From a virus, in the IMG/VR virus record IMGVR_UViG_3300021356_000011, positions 1-64,000 of that record: a DNA stretch of 64,000 nt. One strand, 5' to 3'. A program made the translations under genes and the position numbers. Positions 54,428 to 63,934 of the stretch are shown in pieces (position 1 is the stretch's first letter; the number at the start of each line of letters is the position of its first letter). Under the pieces are notes generated by a model. It searched no databases, was not told the origin of the DNA, and saw only the letters and a list, made by a program, of their open reading frames with translations.

Positions 54428-57364
54428 ATGAGCTACCCTAACAACCCACCAGTCCCAGCGAGTATCACCGTCGATGCCACTGCGTCGATTAACAGTGGGT
54501 TGGTGGGGTTCTGGCCCTTGACGGATGGAACTAGTACGAATGCAACAGACCTGTCAACGGGTGGTAATGACGGGACGCTTGTGAGTACTGCTGCGTGGGT
54601 TAGTTCCACCAAGGGTTCGGCTGTAGAACTAGATGCCACTGGTGAATATGTAGACACAAATTTAAGTGGTTCCTATGACATCAGAAGCCAAGAACTATCA
54701 ATCTCAGGGTGGGTTAAATGTGGTACGGAAACGCACACGCAGAGATTCGTTTCAGCTAGAGGTGGAACGACAGGTGCAGGCAGTGAGTATCCACTCGACC
54801 TCTGGACTGTGGCTACGACAGGGAAATGCCGTGTCGCTGCCTACGATGGGACTAGCTCTATCAATGCGGATTCAACCACAACTATTGGGGATGACAATTG
54901 GCATCATATCTGTGGTGTTGCTGATGCCACAAACCTTTATATCTACGTTGACGGCGTACTAGAAAACCAGGTGGCTATTTCGGGGCTATCTAGTTCGAGT
55001 GCTGGGGCCAATGATTTTTATATTGGTCAGACACAGGCTGCAACTGACTCAACGAGGCAGCTTCTTGGCGAGATCCAAAACGTCAGAATCTACAACCGAG
55101 CCCTAACCGCCACCGAAGTCGCAGAACTCTATTCTGTACCGTGGACAGGCACCGACTACGTAGCCCAGAACCTAACGCCCGACACGCCAATCGCCATGGG
55201 TGTAGATCCTAATCACAGCCTGTCGTCTGGCCTCGTAGGATACTGGCCTTTGTCTGAGGGCAGTGGGACGGTAGCGAAGGACTTAACGGGGACCGCAGAC
55301 CTAACATCAACAAACCCTAACTGGGGCGAATCTAGTATTGGTACAGTTGGTGTTTTTCCTAACTCATCAACCGCATCGTTTATCGCATCGTCGTATGTCC
55401 CCGTTTCCGGGGCAGGCGAGTTGTCGGTGAGTGCTTGGTTTAAAACGACATCCGGTGGCGCTGGCAACATTGTGACATGGGGGACATCTGCCGCGGGGCA
55501 AGTGTTTGAGCTTAATGTTGAGGGTGGAGTGCTTTGGTCACGAAATCATAGTGGCAATACCGTATCTGGAGGGAGTGGTTTAAATGACGGAGAATGGCAT
55601 GTCGTAACCTGGACGAAACCAGGAAACGGTACAACATCAGACATAAAAATGTTTGTTGACGGGAAACAGTTATCCGTAACGGCAGGTGGGAGTACCACAC
55701 TCAGTTTTGGAACATCGTCACCGCTGGAAATAGGAGACAGAGGGTACAGTTCTAGTAAATCGTTTGATGGTGAAATTCAAAATGTTCGTGCCTATAACCG
55801 AGTCTTATCAGCTACCGAAGTAGAAGCCCTCTATAACGAGCCCTGGGCAGGCGTAGTGACAGCGAAGTCAGCACCACCGCAGTATCTCACAGTTGACACC
55901 GCAGATAGTATCAACACAGGATTACAGGGCTTCTGGCCCTTGTCTGACAACGATACGACGGCTGTAGATTTGAGCGGGAATGGGAATGACGGGACTGAAA
56001 GTGGTGGCGTTACGTGGTCAGCTGATGATAAGGGACTGAGTGCTAGTTTTGATGGGGTAGATGATAGGTTTGTTCTGAGTAATGGACTTTCGCGTAATCA
56101 AACCGCGATGACTATTTCTGCTTGGGTTAAGCCAGATGTCGTTAGCACTAACACGATGGTTTATTATGAGTCGAATAACACAGGAACCCAATTCACTCGT
56201 ATAAACCTTGTGGTGAACAGCGGAAGTGTTCAAACTGGTGGTCGTGACGACGATGGCGATAGCTTTACGACGTTTGCGCAGTCTAACACAGGTATTGTTG
56301 CAACCAATATTTGGCAGCATCTAGTCGCGGTGGTTGATCCAACTGGTGGTGGGTGCAAGGTGTATTTAGACGGGGAGAATGTAACTAATACATCTAACAA
56401 CACTGGAGACGGGTTCCCAGACACTGACCCTTTGTACTATGCGATTGGTTCACACTCATCAAATTCGTACACTTTCGATGGCAATATCCAAAACGTCAGA
56501 GTCTATAACCGAGCCCTGTCAGCGGCAGAGGTATCCCGCCTCTACCAAGATCCTTGGGCAGGCACTGACCGAGCGATTGAACCATCACCCACGGCTAAAG
56601 ACCTCGACACATCCAGCAGCCTGACAACCAACCTCGTTGGCTGGTGGCCTCTCACTGAGTATGGGCCACAGGATACGCTGGCTTATGATATCAGTGGCAA
56701 TGACTACCACGGCGTAGCTAATGGTGGTGTGCAACGGCAGTTTACTGATACGGTACGGGCTGCGAACCTTGATGGGGTGGATGATAGGTTTGACCTGTCA
56801 ACGCTTGGGGATTACGAAGCACACTCAAACCCGTTGACAGTCAGTATGTGGTGTTACCTGCGGGACGACTCCCTGCAACAGTATTGGTTCAACAAGGCAG
56901 ACTCAGACGCCATGTTCTTTGCATGGACAAACGTCAATGGAAGTTTGGAATTTAAGATTCGGGATCTGACCGTTGTGAACGCCACGGGCAAGATGTACAG
57001 CGGATTAGCTACTAACATTCTCAACCGATGGGCTCATTTGGTTTTTGTATCTTCGGGGACCGATTACACGCTTGCCTCCAACCTTGATGTCTATTTGGAC
57101 GGTGTGGTTCAGACTGCGACCTCGTCAACTAATGGCGACGGGTACACAAGCGGAGAGTCTTCCGTAGGAATGCTTACGCTAGGCGGTAGGTATTATGACA
57201 ACAACCGTAATATGGATGCAATGTTCCAAAACGTCAGAGTCTACAGTCGAGCCTTATCAGCCGCAGAAGTTCAAACACTGTATGATGATCCTTGGGTCGG
57301 ATTGGCTACCGACAGTTTAGTTTACGCATATTACTCCGCTGCCTTCTTGCAGCGTTTAGGCTAA
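54428..57364 (+). CDS. Protein with four tandem LamG domains
   Basis: Four units GLVG.WPL ... QNVR.Y.RAL.A.EV..LY..PW.G. Confidence 0.88.
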   Translation: MSYPNNPPVPASITVDATASINSGLVGFWPLTDGTSTNATDLSTGGNDGTLVSTAAWVSSTKGSAVELDATGEYVDTNLSGSYDIRSQELSISGWVKCGTETHTQRFVSARGGTTGAGSEYPLDLWTVATTGKCRVAAYDGTSSINADSTTTIGDDNWHHICGVADATNLYIYVDGVLENQVAISGLSSSSAGANDFYIGQTQAATDSTRQLLGEIQNVRIYNRALTATEVAELYSVPWTGTDYVAQNLTPDTPIAMGVDPNHSLSSGLVGYWPLSEGSGTVAKDLTGTADLTSTNPNWGESSIGTVGVFPNSSTASFIASSYVPVSGAGELSVSAWFKTTSGGAGNIVTWGTSAAGQVFELNVEGGVLWSRNHSGNTVSGGSGLNDGEWHVVTWTKPGNGTTSDIKMFVDGKQLSVTAGGSTTLSFGTSSPLEIGDRGYSSSKSFDGEIQNVRAYNRVLSATEVEALYNEPWAGVVTAKSAPPQYLTVDTADSINTGLQGFWPLSDNDTTAVDLSGNGNDGTESGGVTWSADDKGLSASFDGVDDRFVLSNGLSRNQTAMTISAWVKPDVVSTNTMVYYESNNTGTQFTRINLVVNSGSVQTGGRDDDGDSFTTFAQSNTGIVATNIWQHLVAVVDPTGGGCKVYLDGENVTNTSNNTGDGFPDTDPLYYAIGSHSSNSYTFDGNIQNVRVYNRALSAAEVSRLYQDPWAGTDRAIEPSPTAKDLDTSSSLTTNLVGWWPLTEYGPQDTLAYDISGNDYHGVANGGVQRQFTDTVRAANLDGVDDRFDLSTLGDYEAHSNPLTVSMWCYLRDDSLQQYWFNKADSDAMFFAWTNVNGSLEFKIRDLTVVNATGKMYSGLATNILNRWAHLVFVSSGTDYTLASNLDVYLDGVVQTATSSTNGDGYTSGESSVGMLTLGGRYYDNNRNMDAMFQNVRVYSRALSAAEVQTLYDDPWVGLATDSLVYAYYSAAFLQRLG

Positions 57365-57376
57365 GGAGAAATAACA

Positions 57377-59005
57377 TTGGCTACCTCTGGAGCATATAAA
57401 AATCAGGCGTTTACTTTTAACTACGCCCTGCCAAAGAGCAGCGACCCTACTGCGTTCTTCACTGGCCCATTTGCAAGTGGAGAGGTGACGTATCGTCTAC
57501 GAAACGGTTCAACGTTGGGTGCTGCTGTGTCCTTGACTCCATTGCCGACGTTTCCAACGCCAAGCACTGGACCGTTCACTGTTGCATTGACTAGTTCAAT
57601 GATGAATGCGGATGAGGTTATCATCGAGTTCATTGCATCTACCAGTGATTTTGCAACTCGTACAGTTTCGATTGTTACAGAACCAACGCCCAGCGATATT
57701 CTGGAAGTACAGCAAACAGCAGTTAGCGGCGTAGCAGATTTCAAGGCGACTGGTTTTAGTACGTTTGATCCTGCTGCTGATACAGTTGCCAATGTCACAA
57801 CGGTGGGATCAGTCAGTGGATCTGTTGGATCTGTTGTTGCGTCTGTGACTGCTGGAACTGTTACGGATAAGTCGGGTTACTTCATCAGTGGATCACTAAC
57901 AACACTCGATGCACTGGAGAACATTGCAGCTACAGACATTGTATCGGCAGGACCGATTACGACTCTCAGTGGTGCAGTTGTTAATGTCGATACGGTCGAT
58001 GTGACTACTACGAACTCTGACATGCGTGGTACTGATAATGCTGCAACGCAAACATCGGTTAACACGATTGATACTGAAGTAGGCCAGATCAAAGCGAAAA
58101 CCGATCAGTTGACATTTACCGTAGCTAATCAAGTCGATGCGAACGCATTGACTGGGGCTAGTGATGCAACAGCATCCAACCAGACGACGATCATCAATCA
58201 TCTGACAGATGTTAAAGGTGCTGGGTGGACTAGCACAGACAACCTTGCTGAGATCACCGAGGATGTGACTGGTTTGAATGGTGATGCCATGCGAGGGACG
58301 GATGGTGCCAATACTACAACGCCTCCAACAGAGGCACAGATCTATGCTGAGTTTGTAGCAGATAGTAACGAAGATGCATTTAAGGCAGATGTGAGTTCAT
58401 TGGCAACTAGTGCCGAAGTCTCTGATCTCAACAACCTGTCATCGAGTGATGTTGCAGCGGCGGTTTGGAATGCTGCCTATGCGAGTTACAACTCGGCAGG
58501 CACCTTCGGCAAGCTCATGGACATCATCCGCAAAAGCAACTTGACCATTGAGGGAAGTGTTGCTGGCACAGGAACGCCGACCACAACAGAGTTTCATACA
58601 GACTTGACCTATGTGGACGATGCTTTTGATGAGCAGATTCTGCTGTTTGTGTCAGGGGCATTGGAGGGTGAGTCACGACCTATCAATCGAAACTTCCAGA
58701 CTGACGGAAGAGTTGTACTGGATGAAGCATTCACCTCTCCACCTACTAGTGGCGATGAGTTTGTCATATTGCCTGAGCATGTTCATAGTCTGGCATCTAT
58801 CTCAGATTCCATACTCAGTCGCAATGTTAGCAATGTGGAAGCTAGTCTTGATGAGCATACGCTTGGAACGATTGTGCTATGTATCCTTGAATCAGTACGA
58901 TCTGGGACTACATGGACGATTAAGCGAAGCGATTCCACTACGACACATGTGACTAAAACATTAACTCTTGATGCATCCGCCCAGCCTGTGATTGGAGTTG
59001 ACTGA
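57377..59005 (+). CDS. Tail fibre-like structural protein
   Basis: Thr/Ser/Asp-rich; DVAAAVWN, IKAKTD, DMRGTD repeats. Confidence 0.55.
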   Translation: MATSGAYKNQAFTFNYALPKSSDPTAFFTGPFASGEVTYRLRNGSTLGAAVSLTPLPTFPTPSTGPFTVALTSSMMNADEVIIEFIASTSDFATRTVSIVTEPTPSDILEVQQTAVSGVADFKATGFSTFDPAADTVANVTTVGSVSGSVGSVVASVTAGTVTDKSGYFISGSLTTLDALENIAATDIVSAGPITTLSGAVVNVDTVDVTTTNSDMRGTDNAATQTSVNTIDTEVGQIKAKTDQLTFTVANQVDANALTGASDATASNQTTIINHLTDVKGAGWTSTDNLAEITEDVTGLNGDAMRGTDGANTTTPPTEAQIYAEFVADSNEDAFKADVSSLATSAEVSDLNNLSSSDVAAAVWNAAYASYNSAGTFGKLMDIIRKSNLTIEGSVAGTGTPTTTEFHTDLTYVDDAFDEQILLFVSGALEGESRPINRNFQTDGRVVLDEAFTSPPTSGDEFVILPEHVHSLASISDSILSRNVSNVEASLDEHTLGTIVLCILESVRSGTTWTIKRSDSTTTHVTKTLTLDASAQPVIGVD

Positions 59006-59148
59006 TGTGGGTATTTGAATGGGTCTTTGGCTGGTTCGGCGGTGGGGATTCTGCTACTTCTGGGGTTTTTACTAAGACTTATCAGAAACCGCCGTTCACT
59101 TCCACTTATTTGAGTGCTTCCGATACTTACACAAAGGCAAGCAAATAA
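59005..59148 (+). CDS. Small protein (47 aa, MWVFEWVFGWFGGG..., not in ORF track)
   Basis: TGATG and TAATG overlaps with both neighbours; SD GGAG. Confidence 0.5.
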   Translation: MWVFEWVFGWFGGGDSATSGVFTKTYQKPPFTSTYLSASDTYTKASK

Positions 59149-59495
59149 TGTCACTTAAAAGATATGCAACAGCGAGCCTTACGCTTGGCAGCACAAGGTT
59201 AGTTCATCATGACATGACAGATGCATTGGAGGTATCAGAAACCATAGCCTCGGTCACTGTCACTGATGTTACAGATAATGGATCTTCAACTGGCGATTTG
59301 TCCATCACGGCTGTCGCTGTGGATGCAGTTGGTTATACGCCTCCATGTTCTCAAACGGCTGTTGCTGCGAATAAGGCTATTCAATTTTCTATTCTTACAT
59401 CTTCATCAACAGACAAGTCTTACAAGCTAAAGATCAGGTGTGTCACAACCGGAGGGGTTGTTGTGGACTATTTATATGTGTCTTTTTCTGATTGA
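59148..59495 (+). CDS. Small Ig-like virion protein (putative)
   Basis: D....L...ETI.S.....Y...I...TT.G pattern; allele of 2..190. Confidence 0.55.
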   Translation: MSLKRYATASLTLGSTRLVHHDMTDALEVSETIASVTVTDVTDNGSSTGDLSITAVAVDAVGYTPPCSQTAVAANKAIQFSILTSSSTDKSYKLKIRCVTTGGVVVDYLYVSFSD

Positions 59496-59505
59496 CATTG
59501 CCTGA

Positions 59506-59535
59506 TTCGTCGCTAAATGAAGATGACTGTATAAT
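59506..59535 (+). promoter_or_regulatory. Putative head-operon promoter (copy B)
   Basis: TTCGTCGCT-N12-CTGTATAAT, same as 201-230. Confidence 0.55.
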
Positions 59536-59570
59536 TTTCAACTAAATTTCGCTTTCATGGATGATTGCAT

Positions 59571-62500
59571 ATGAAGAGTTGGAAGTACGAAAAAGACAAT
59601 GTGACAGGCGAAATCCTTGCTGTTTACCATAGTGTTCCTATTTTTAAGGAGCATACTGGGTCAGATGGTACTGAATACACCAAGGAATTGCTTGAAGCCA
59701 TTGCTGACAACAATAACGACAGGATCGAGGAAACTGGTGATTTCTGTCCTATCGTTGGTTGGCATACTCCATCAGACAATGATCCATCCAAAGACCCGCC
59801 AATCATTGGGTTTGCTGAAAACTTTCGTGTAGAGAAGTTTGGTAAGAAGCAGCCCAAGTGGTGCATCTATGCGACGTTCAAGATCCGCAAGGATAAGCAT
59901 GGATACTTTCGGGACCATCCTCGCCGCAGCGTTGAGATCTGGCCTGAAGATAAACCTGAGAATCGCTACATCGACCCTATTGCGGTGCTTGGTGCTGAAA
60001 CCCCCAGGCAAGACTTAGGCTTGGTCTACAGCAAGTCTGCGGCAGGGGAGGAGTCTTATATGTACTCTTCCGTTGCTGGTGGCGGGAATACCTATGTGCC
60101 GGGCGAGGTTGAGAAGAGTGCAAAAAAGCCTTCGGTAAAAGAGAGAAGAGCAGCATTTGGAGACAGCAAGAGAGTTAAAGCTCCAATCGTCCCAGAAGGC
60201 AAAGAACCAAATTCAAGAGATATTCGCAATCATACCTATGAAATGGTCAAAGCATTCGCTGATGCTTACCCGGTTGATGCGACTCTTAAAGAAGGTGAAC
60301 TTCCCAAAGAGGCAAAGAAAAAGGGAAGAGGAGTTCAACCGGGAGATAGAGTTGCTGTTAGAAGAAACCTGCATGAAAGCCACGCCAATTGGCTTAGGAA
60401 AAACCTTGGTGAAGAAAATTACCAAGAGCTTCTTGAAAGTGTAAAAGCTGACAGGATGGGTGTAACTCCTCAGACAATTCATTCAGCAGTTAAGGGTGGC
60501 AGTGCTGATTTGATAGGTGCTGGGGAAACTGACGAGCAGATTAAAAAGAATATAAGTGAGCTACACAGTACAAGCTGGGGCAATCACCCTCTGGTTCACC
60601 TTAGCGATGTTGATTTTGTTGTCCATGAACTGTCCAGATCAGATATAGCCAAGGGAGTTACTAATAAGAAACCCATGGCATCTGCTAGAGGAAGCTATGA
60701 GCATAGCAATCCTGAAAAGTTTAAGGACTTCCTTGAAAGAAATGCGGGTGATATCCAAGAGATTAGATTTAATCCGATGACGGATCATCACTTTGTTGAT
60801 CTCAATTCACATGCGGTCAAGGGTGCGAAGGAAGCTACCCTGTTCAATGATCGTGTCTATGCAACTGGCGTTGAGTACCTACCTCAAAAGGACTCTGACG
60901 GCTATGTGGCTTATCCGGATGATCCAGACGGCAAGGGTTTTTCTAGGATAGCAGAGGAGTCAGGAACCCTTCATAAGTTTAATAAGGAACAGTATGACAA
61001 GCCGGGACCAAAAGATCCAAGGCGAACTCCTGCTCCTAAAAAGGATCAGGTCAAGGGTAGCGACAAGAATCCCAAAGGATCTGCGTCCAAAGCCAATACT
61101 AAAATTGAGATAAGCGACAAGACCGAAGCCAGCCTGAAGAAAAAGATGCAGGAGCATAATAAGAAAGGCAAAGGCTCCAATGCAACTTTGGGTGCATTGA
61201 AAAGTGTTTATCGCAGAGGTGCTGGAGCGTACAGCAGCAGCCATCATCCCAAAATGTCTAGGCATGGATGGGCCATGGCAAGAGTGAATGCATTCCTAAC
61301 ATTGCTTCGCACTGGCAAGCCCAGTAACTCCAATTACAAGCAAGACAACGACCTGCTGCCGAAGGGGCATCCTAAGAAGTCTAAAAATAGCAAGAAGCAT
61401 GCAGGCATGATTGAAAGCTTGCAGAAATATGCAAAGGAGATGGGAATGCTTTCTCATGAAGAGCTTGGTGGTGAGGGATATACGCATGCTCATAAGTGGG
61501 GCTACCGCCCTAAGGCTGAACAATCTCAGAAGTATGCGGAAGCTGGGCGCCGAGCTTTCAATGAACCTCATGCTGCAACAGCTGAGATCGCAAGAAAATA
61601 TATTGAAGCGAATCGTGATCTCATTGGTGACGCTCACGCTCCTCGACAGATCTCGAAACTTGATCCATCAATTTCAAAGCGAATTGCCGCAGAATATATC
61701 TCAGGGAAGCATGACCCTTCTGACCCTAAGGTCATGAGAGCTTATCAGGCCATGGCAGATGAATCTGCCAAACAAATGCAAGCTTTGACTGATGCTGGCT
61801 ATAAGGTTGAGATGTACCCAGAAGGTGCGGAGCCTTACCCCAATTCGCAGGCGTTGATTGATGATCTAAATCAGAACAAGCACCTCTGGATCTTTCCTAC
61901 CGAAGATGGTTTTGGCGAAGAGCCAATTACCGATGAGGAAAGAAAGATCAACCCGCTGCTGCAAGACTCTGGGTTTAAGGATGCCAATGGCAAACCCATG
62001 CTATTGAATGACACCTTTAGGGCGGTGCATGACTTCTTTGGCCATTCGGAACTGGGCAATGCATTCGGACCTGTCGGTGAGGAGAACGCATGGCAACTGC
62101 ATAGTCGCATGTTCTCACCTGAAGCCCGAAGGGCCGTGACCACAGAGACTCGCGGTCAAAATAGCTGGGTAAACTTTGGACCTCACATTGTCAGAGAAGA
62201 TGGTAGCGTTCCGAAAAGGAGTGACCCGGACTTCAAGCCACTCAAAGATCGCCCATTTGCTGACCAGAAGATGTTTCTATTGTCAGACGACACTGTGTTT
62301 GGCACTGACGATCACGAAGGCGAGCCATTGGAGAAGATGCGAAAGAAAGGCCCGCGAGTCTTTAAGCTTCCTCCCAAGAGCAGGCCAAAAATGTCCAAGG
62401 AAGGCCAATATGCAAAATACGAAGAAACCGAGGATGGTCCTGGGTTGGATTCTTTATTAAATGGAGGAACTGACATGGCACTTGACCAACAGTCAGTCAC

Positions 62501-63455
62501 TCAGATTATCGAAGGCCTCAAGCCGACCATCATCGACATTGTGCAGGAAGAACTGCCAAAGATGCTTGGTTACGACGAGGCCTCTGATGAAATGATTGAT
62601 GACATGGATCAGGAGGAAATGCCTGAGGAAGAGCCTGAAGATGAACTTCAGGAAGAGCCTGAAGATGAGGTCTTGCGGGAAGAACCTGGGGACGAAGATG
62701 AAGACGAAGTTGAGCGGAATGCCAAATGCGAATACGGAAAAGAAATGTTCGCAAAGATGGCAGAGAAGCACAACTTATATGGAAAAGATGCTGACCACAA
62801 AGGTGCATCTCAATACATGGCATCCATGGATGAAGCTGATCGGAATGCTATGGGCATGTACATGAAGAGTGACATGCCGAGCAAGGAAGAGAAAGACGCT
62901 TACGCCAAATGCAATGAATGTGAGAAGAACATGAAAGAAAACTACAGCAAAGCTTCAGAAGGCAGCGAGGCTGATAAGTTCAGAAAGCAACTTGATGAGC
63001 AGGCTGACAAGTTTTCCAAACTTCAGCAGCAATATTCGAAGCTCCAATCTGAGCTTGTTGAAGCTAAGGATCAGCTGACGGAAGCTCGACGAAGCGAGAA
63101 GTATCACAAGATTGCTGACCGCCTCTCCTTGCTTGAAGCCGAAGGCTATGTCTTTGATAAAGAGCAAGAGCTTGAGTTTTGCATGCAGCTGAACGACGAT
63201 CTTCGAGAAGAACATTTGAATGACCGCATCCCCAGCAAGTACACGAAGTCCCCGAGTGGACAAGTTGTACCTGTTGAGAAGTCAGAGGTCATTACTCCTG
63301 TTGAGCAGAAGAGCGTCAAGTACAGCAAGTCTGCACAACAAGCAACTATCGCTTTGCGTTCCCAGGGAGCCAAAGGCGTCGATTATAAGTCCGTTCTCAA
63401 TTGGATGATTGAAAACGATACGGAAGTGTGCCCCACCGTAGAAGACCTGAAGTAA
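59571..63455 (+). CDS. Prohead protease / scaffold polyprotein, allele B with two different cargo domains
   Basis: Protease, DUF5824-like and scaffold parts match allele A; inserts at ~60111-60983 and ~61395-62474 are largely unrelated to allele A. Confidence 0.8.
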   Translation: MKSWKYEKDNVTGEILAVYHSVPIFKEHTGSDGTEYTKELLEAIADNNNDRIEETGDFCPIVGWHTPSDNDPSKDPPIIGFAENFRVEKFGKKQPKWCIYATFKIRKDKHGYFRDHPRRSVEIWPEDKPENRYIDPIAVLGAETPRQDLGLVYSKSAAGEESYMYSSVAGGGNTYVPGEVEKSAKKPSVKERRAAFGDSKRVKAPIVPEGKEPNSRDIRNHTYEMVKAFADAYPVDATLKEGELPKEAKKKGRGVQPGDRVAVRRNLHESHANWLRKNLGEENYQELLESVKADRMGVTPQTIHSAVKGGSADLIGAGETDEQIKKNISELHSTSWGNHPLVHLSDVDFVVHELSRSDIAKGVTNKKPMASARGSYEHSNPEKFKDFLERNAGDIQEIRFNPMTDHHFVDLNSHAVKGAKEATLFNDRVYATGVEYLPQKDSDGYVAYPDDPDGKGFSRIAEESGTLHKFNKEQYDKPGPKDPRRTPAPKKDQVKGSDKNPKGSASKANTKIEISDKTEASLKKKMQEHNKKGKGSNATLGALKSVYRRGAGAYSSSHHPKMSRHGWAMARVNAFLTLLRTGKPSNSNYKQDNDLLPKGHPKKSKNSKKHAGMIESLQKYAKEMGMLSHEELGGEGYTHAHKWGYRPKAEQSQKYAEAGRRAFNEPHAATAEIARKYIEANRDLIGDAHAPRQISKLDPSISKRIAAEYISGKHDPSDPKVMRAYQAMADESAKQMQALTDAGYKVEMYPEGAEPYPNSQALIDDLNQNKHLWIFPTEDGFGEEPITDEERKINPLLQDSGFKDANGKPMLLNDTFRAVHDFFGHSELGNAFGPVGEENAWQLHSRMFSPEARRAVTTETRGQNSWVNFGPHIVREDGSVPKRSDPDFKPLKDRPFADQKMFLLSDDTVFGTDDHEGEPLEKMRKKGPRVFKLPPKSRPKMSKEGQYAKYEETEDGPGLDSLLNGGTDMALDQQSVTQIIEGLKPTIIDIVQEELPKMLGYDEASDEMIDDMDQEEMPEEEPEDELQEEPEDEVLREEPGDEDEDEVERNAKCEYGKEMFAKMAEKHNLYGKDADHKGASQYMASMDEADRNAMGMYMKSDMPSKEEKDAYAKCNECEKNMKENYSKASEGSEADKFRKQLDEQADKFSKLQQQYSKLQSELVEAKDQLTEARRSEKYHKIADRLSLLEAEGYVFDKEQELEFCMQLNDDLREEHLNDRIPSKYTKSPSGQVVPVEKSEVITPVEQKSVKYSKSAQQATIALRSQGAKGVDYKSVLNWMIENDTEVCPTVEDLK

Positions 63456-63496
63456 ACGGGGCCTTGTAGGTCTAGCCACAACTAAGGAGATACACG

Positions 63497-63895
63497 ATGG
63501 CTGATACCTTTTCCTTCAAGGCTGGTGGGAACATTGCACCTAGCCGAATCATTGCTCTTAGCGATGCCTTCACTGTGACCCAAGCTGGTGCCACAGATGA
63601 TGATGACTTGCTAGGAGTGTCCGCTGAAAGCACGAAAGATGCTCCGGGTCTTTCTGGTGCAAGCACCAACCATGCAGAATCGGGCGATCCGGTTCAATAC
63701 TATGGCCCTGGTCAGGTTTGCTTGGTTGAAGCAGGTGCTTCGATTACCGCTCCTGCTCTTTGCACCGCAGATGCCAACGGTCGAGCCGTAGCTGCAACGA
63801 CTGGCGAACGTGCCGTTCTTCGAGTTTTCGAAGACGCTGGTGCGTTGGGTGAGAAGGTTCGAGCATTAGTCATTGATCCTATTGATCTTGACTAA
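63497..63895 (+). CDS. Capsid decoration protein, allele B
   Basis: Homologous to 3114..3509. Confidence 0.7.
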   Translation: MADTFSFKAGGNIAPSRIIALSDAFTVTQAGATDDDDLLGVSAESTKDAPGLSGASTNHAESGDPVQYYGPGQVCLVEAGASITAPALCTADANGRAVAATTGERAVLRVFEDAGALGEKVRALVIDPIDLD

Positions 63896-63934
63896 TTTCC
63901 ATGGATGAACATTTGAGAAACGGAGTTTAATAAC

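Larger units (their letters stand above)
1..59305. mobile_element. Bacteriophage genome unit (Caudoviricetes, Mu-like head module, probably Planctomycetota host)
   Basis: Terminase, portal, protease, capsid, neck, tail, helicase, SSB and recombinase genes are all present. Sequence at 59306 onward repeats position 1 onward, giving a unit length of ~59.3 kb. No integrase or repressor was recognised. Confidence 0.9.

Noticed and set aside
50654-59005. Diversity-generating retroelement acting on lectin genes
   Set aside because: No reverse transcriptase and no TR/VR pair with adenine-specific mismatches were seen.
671-63669. Numerous short antisense or alternate-frame ORFs in the track
   Set aside because: They are nested in longer, motif-bearing genes that form coherent operons.
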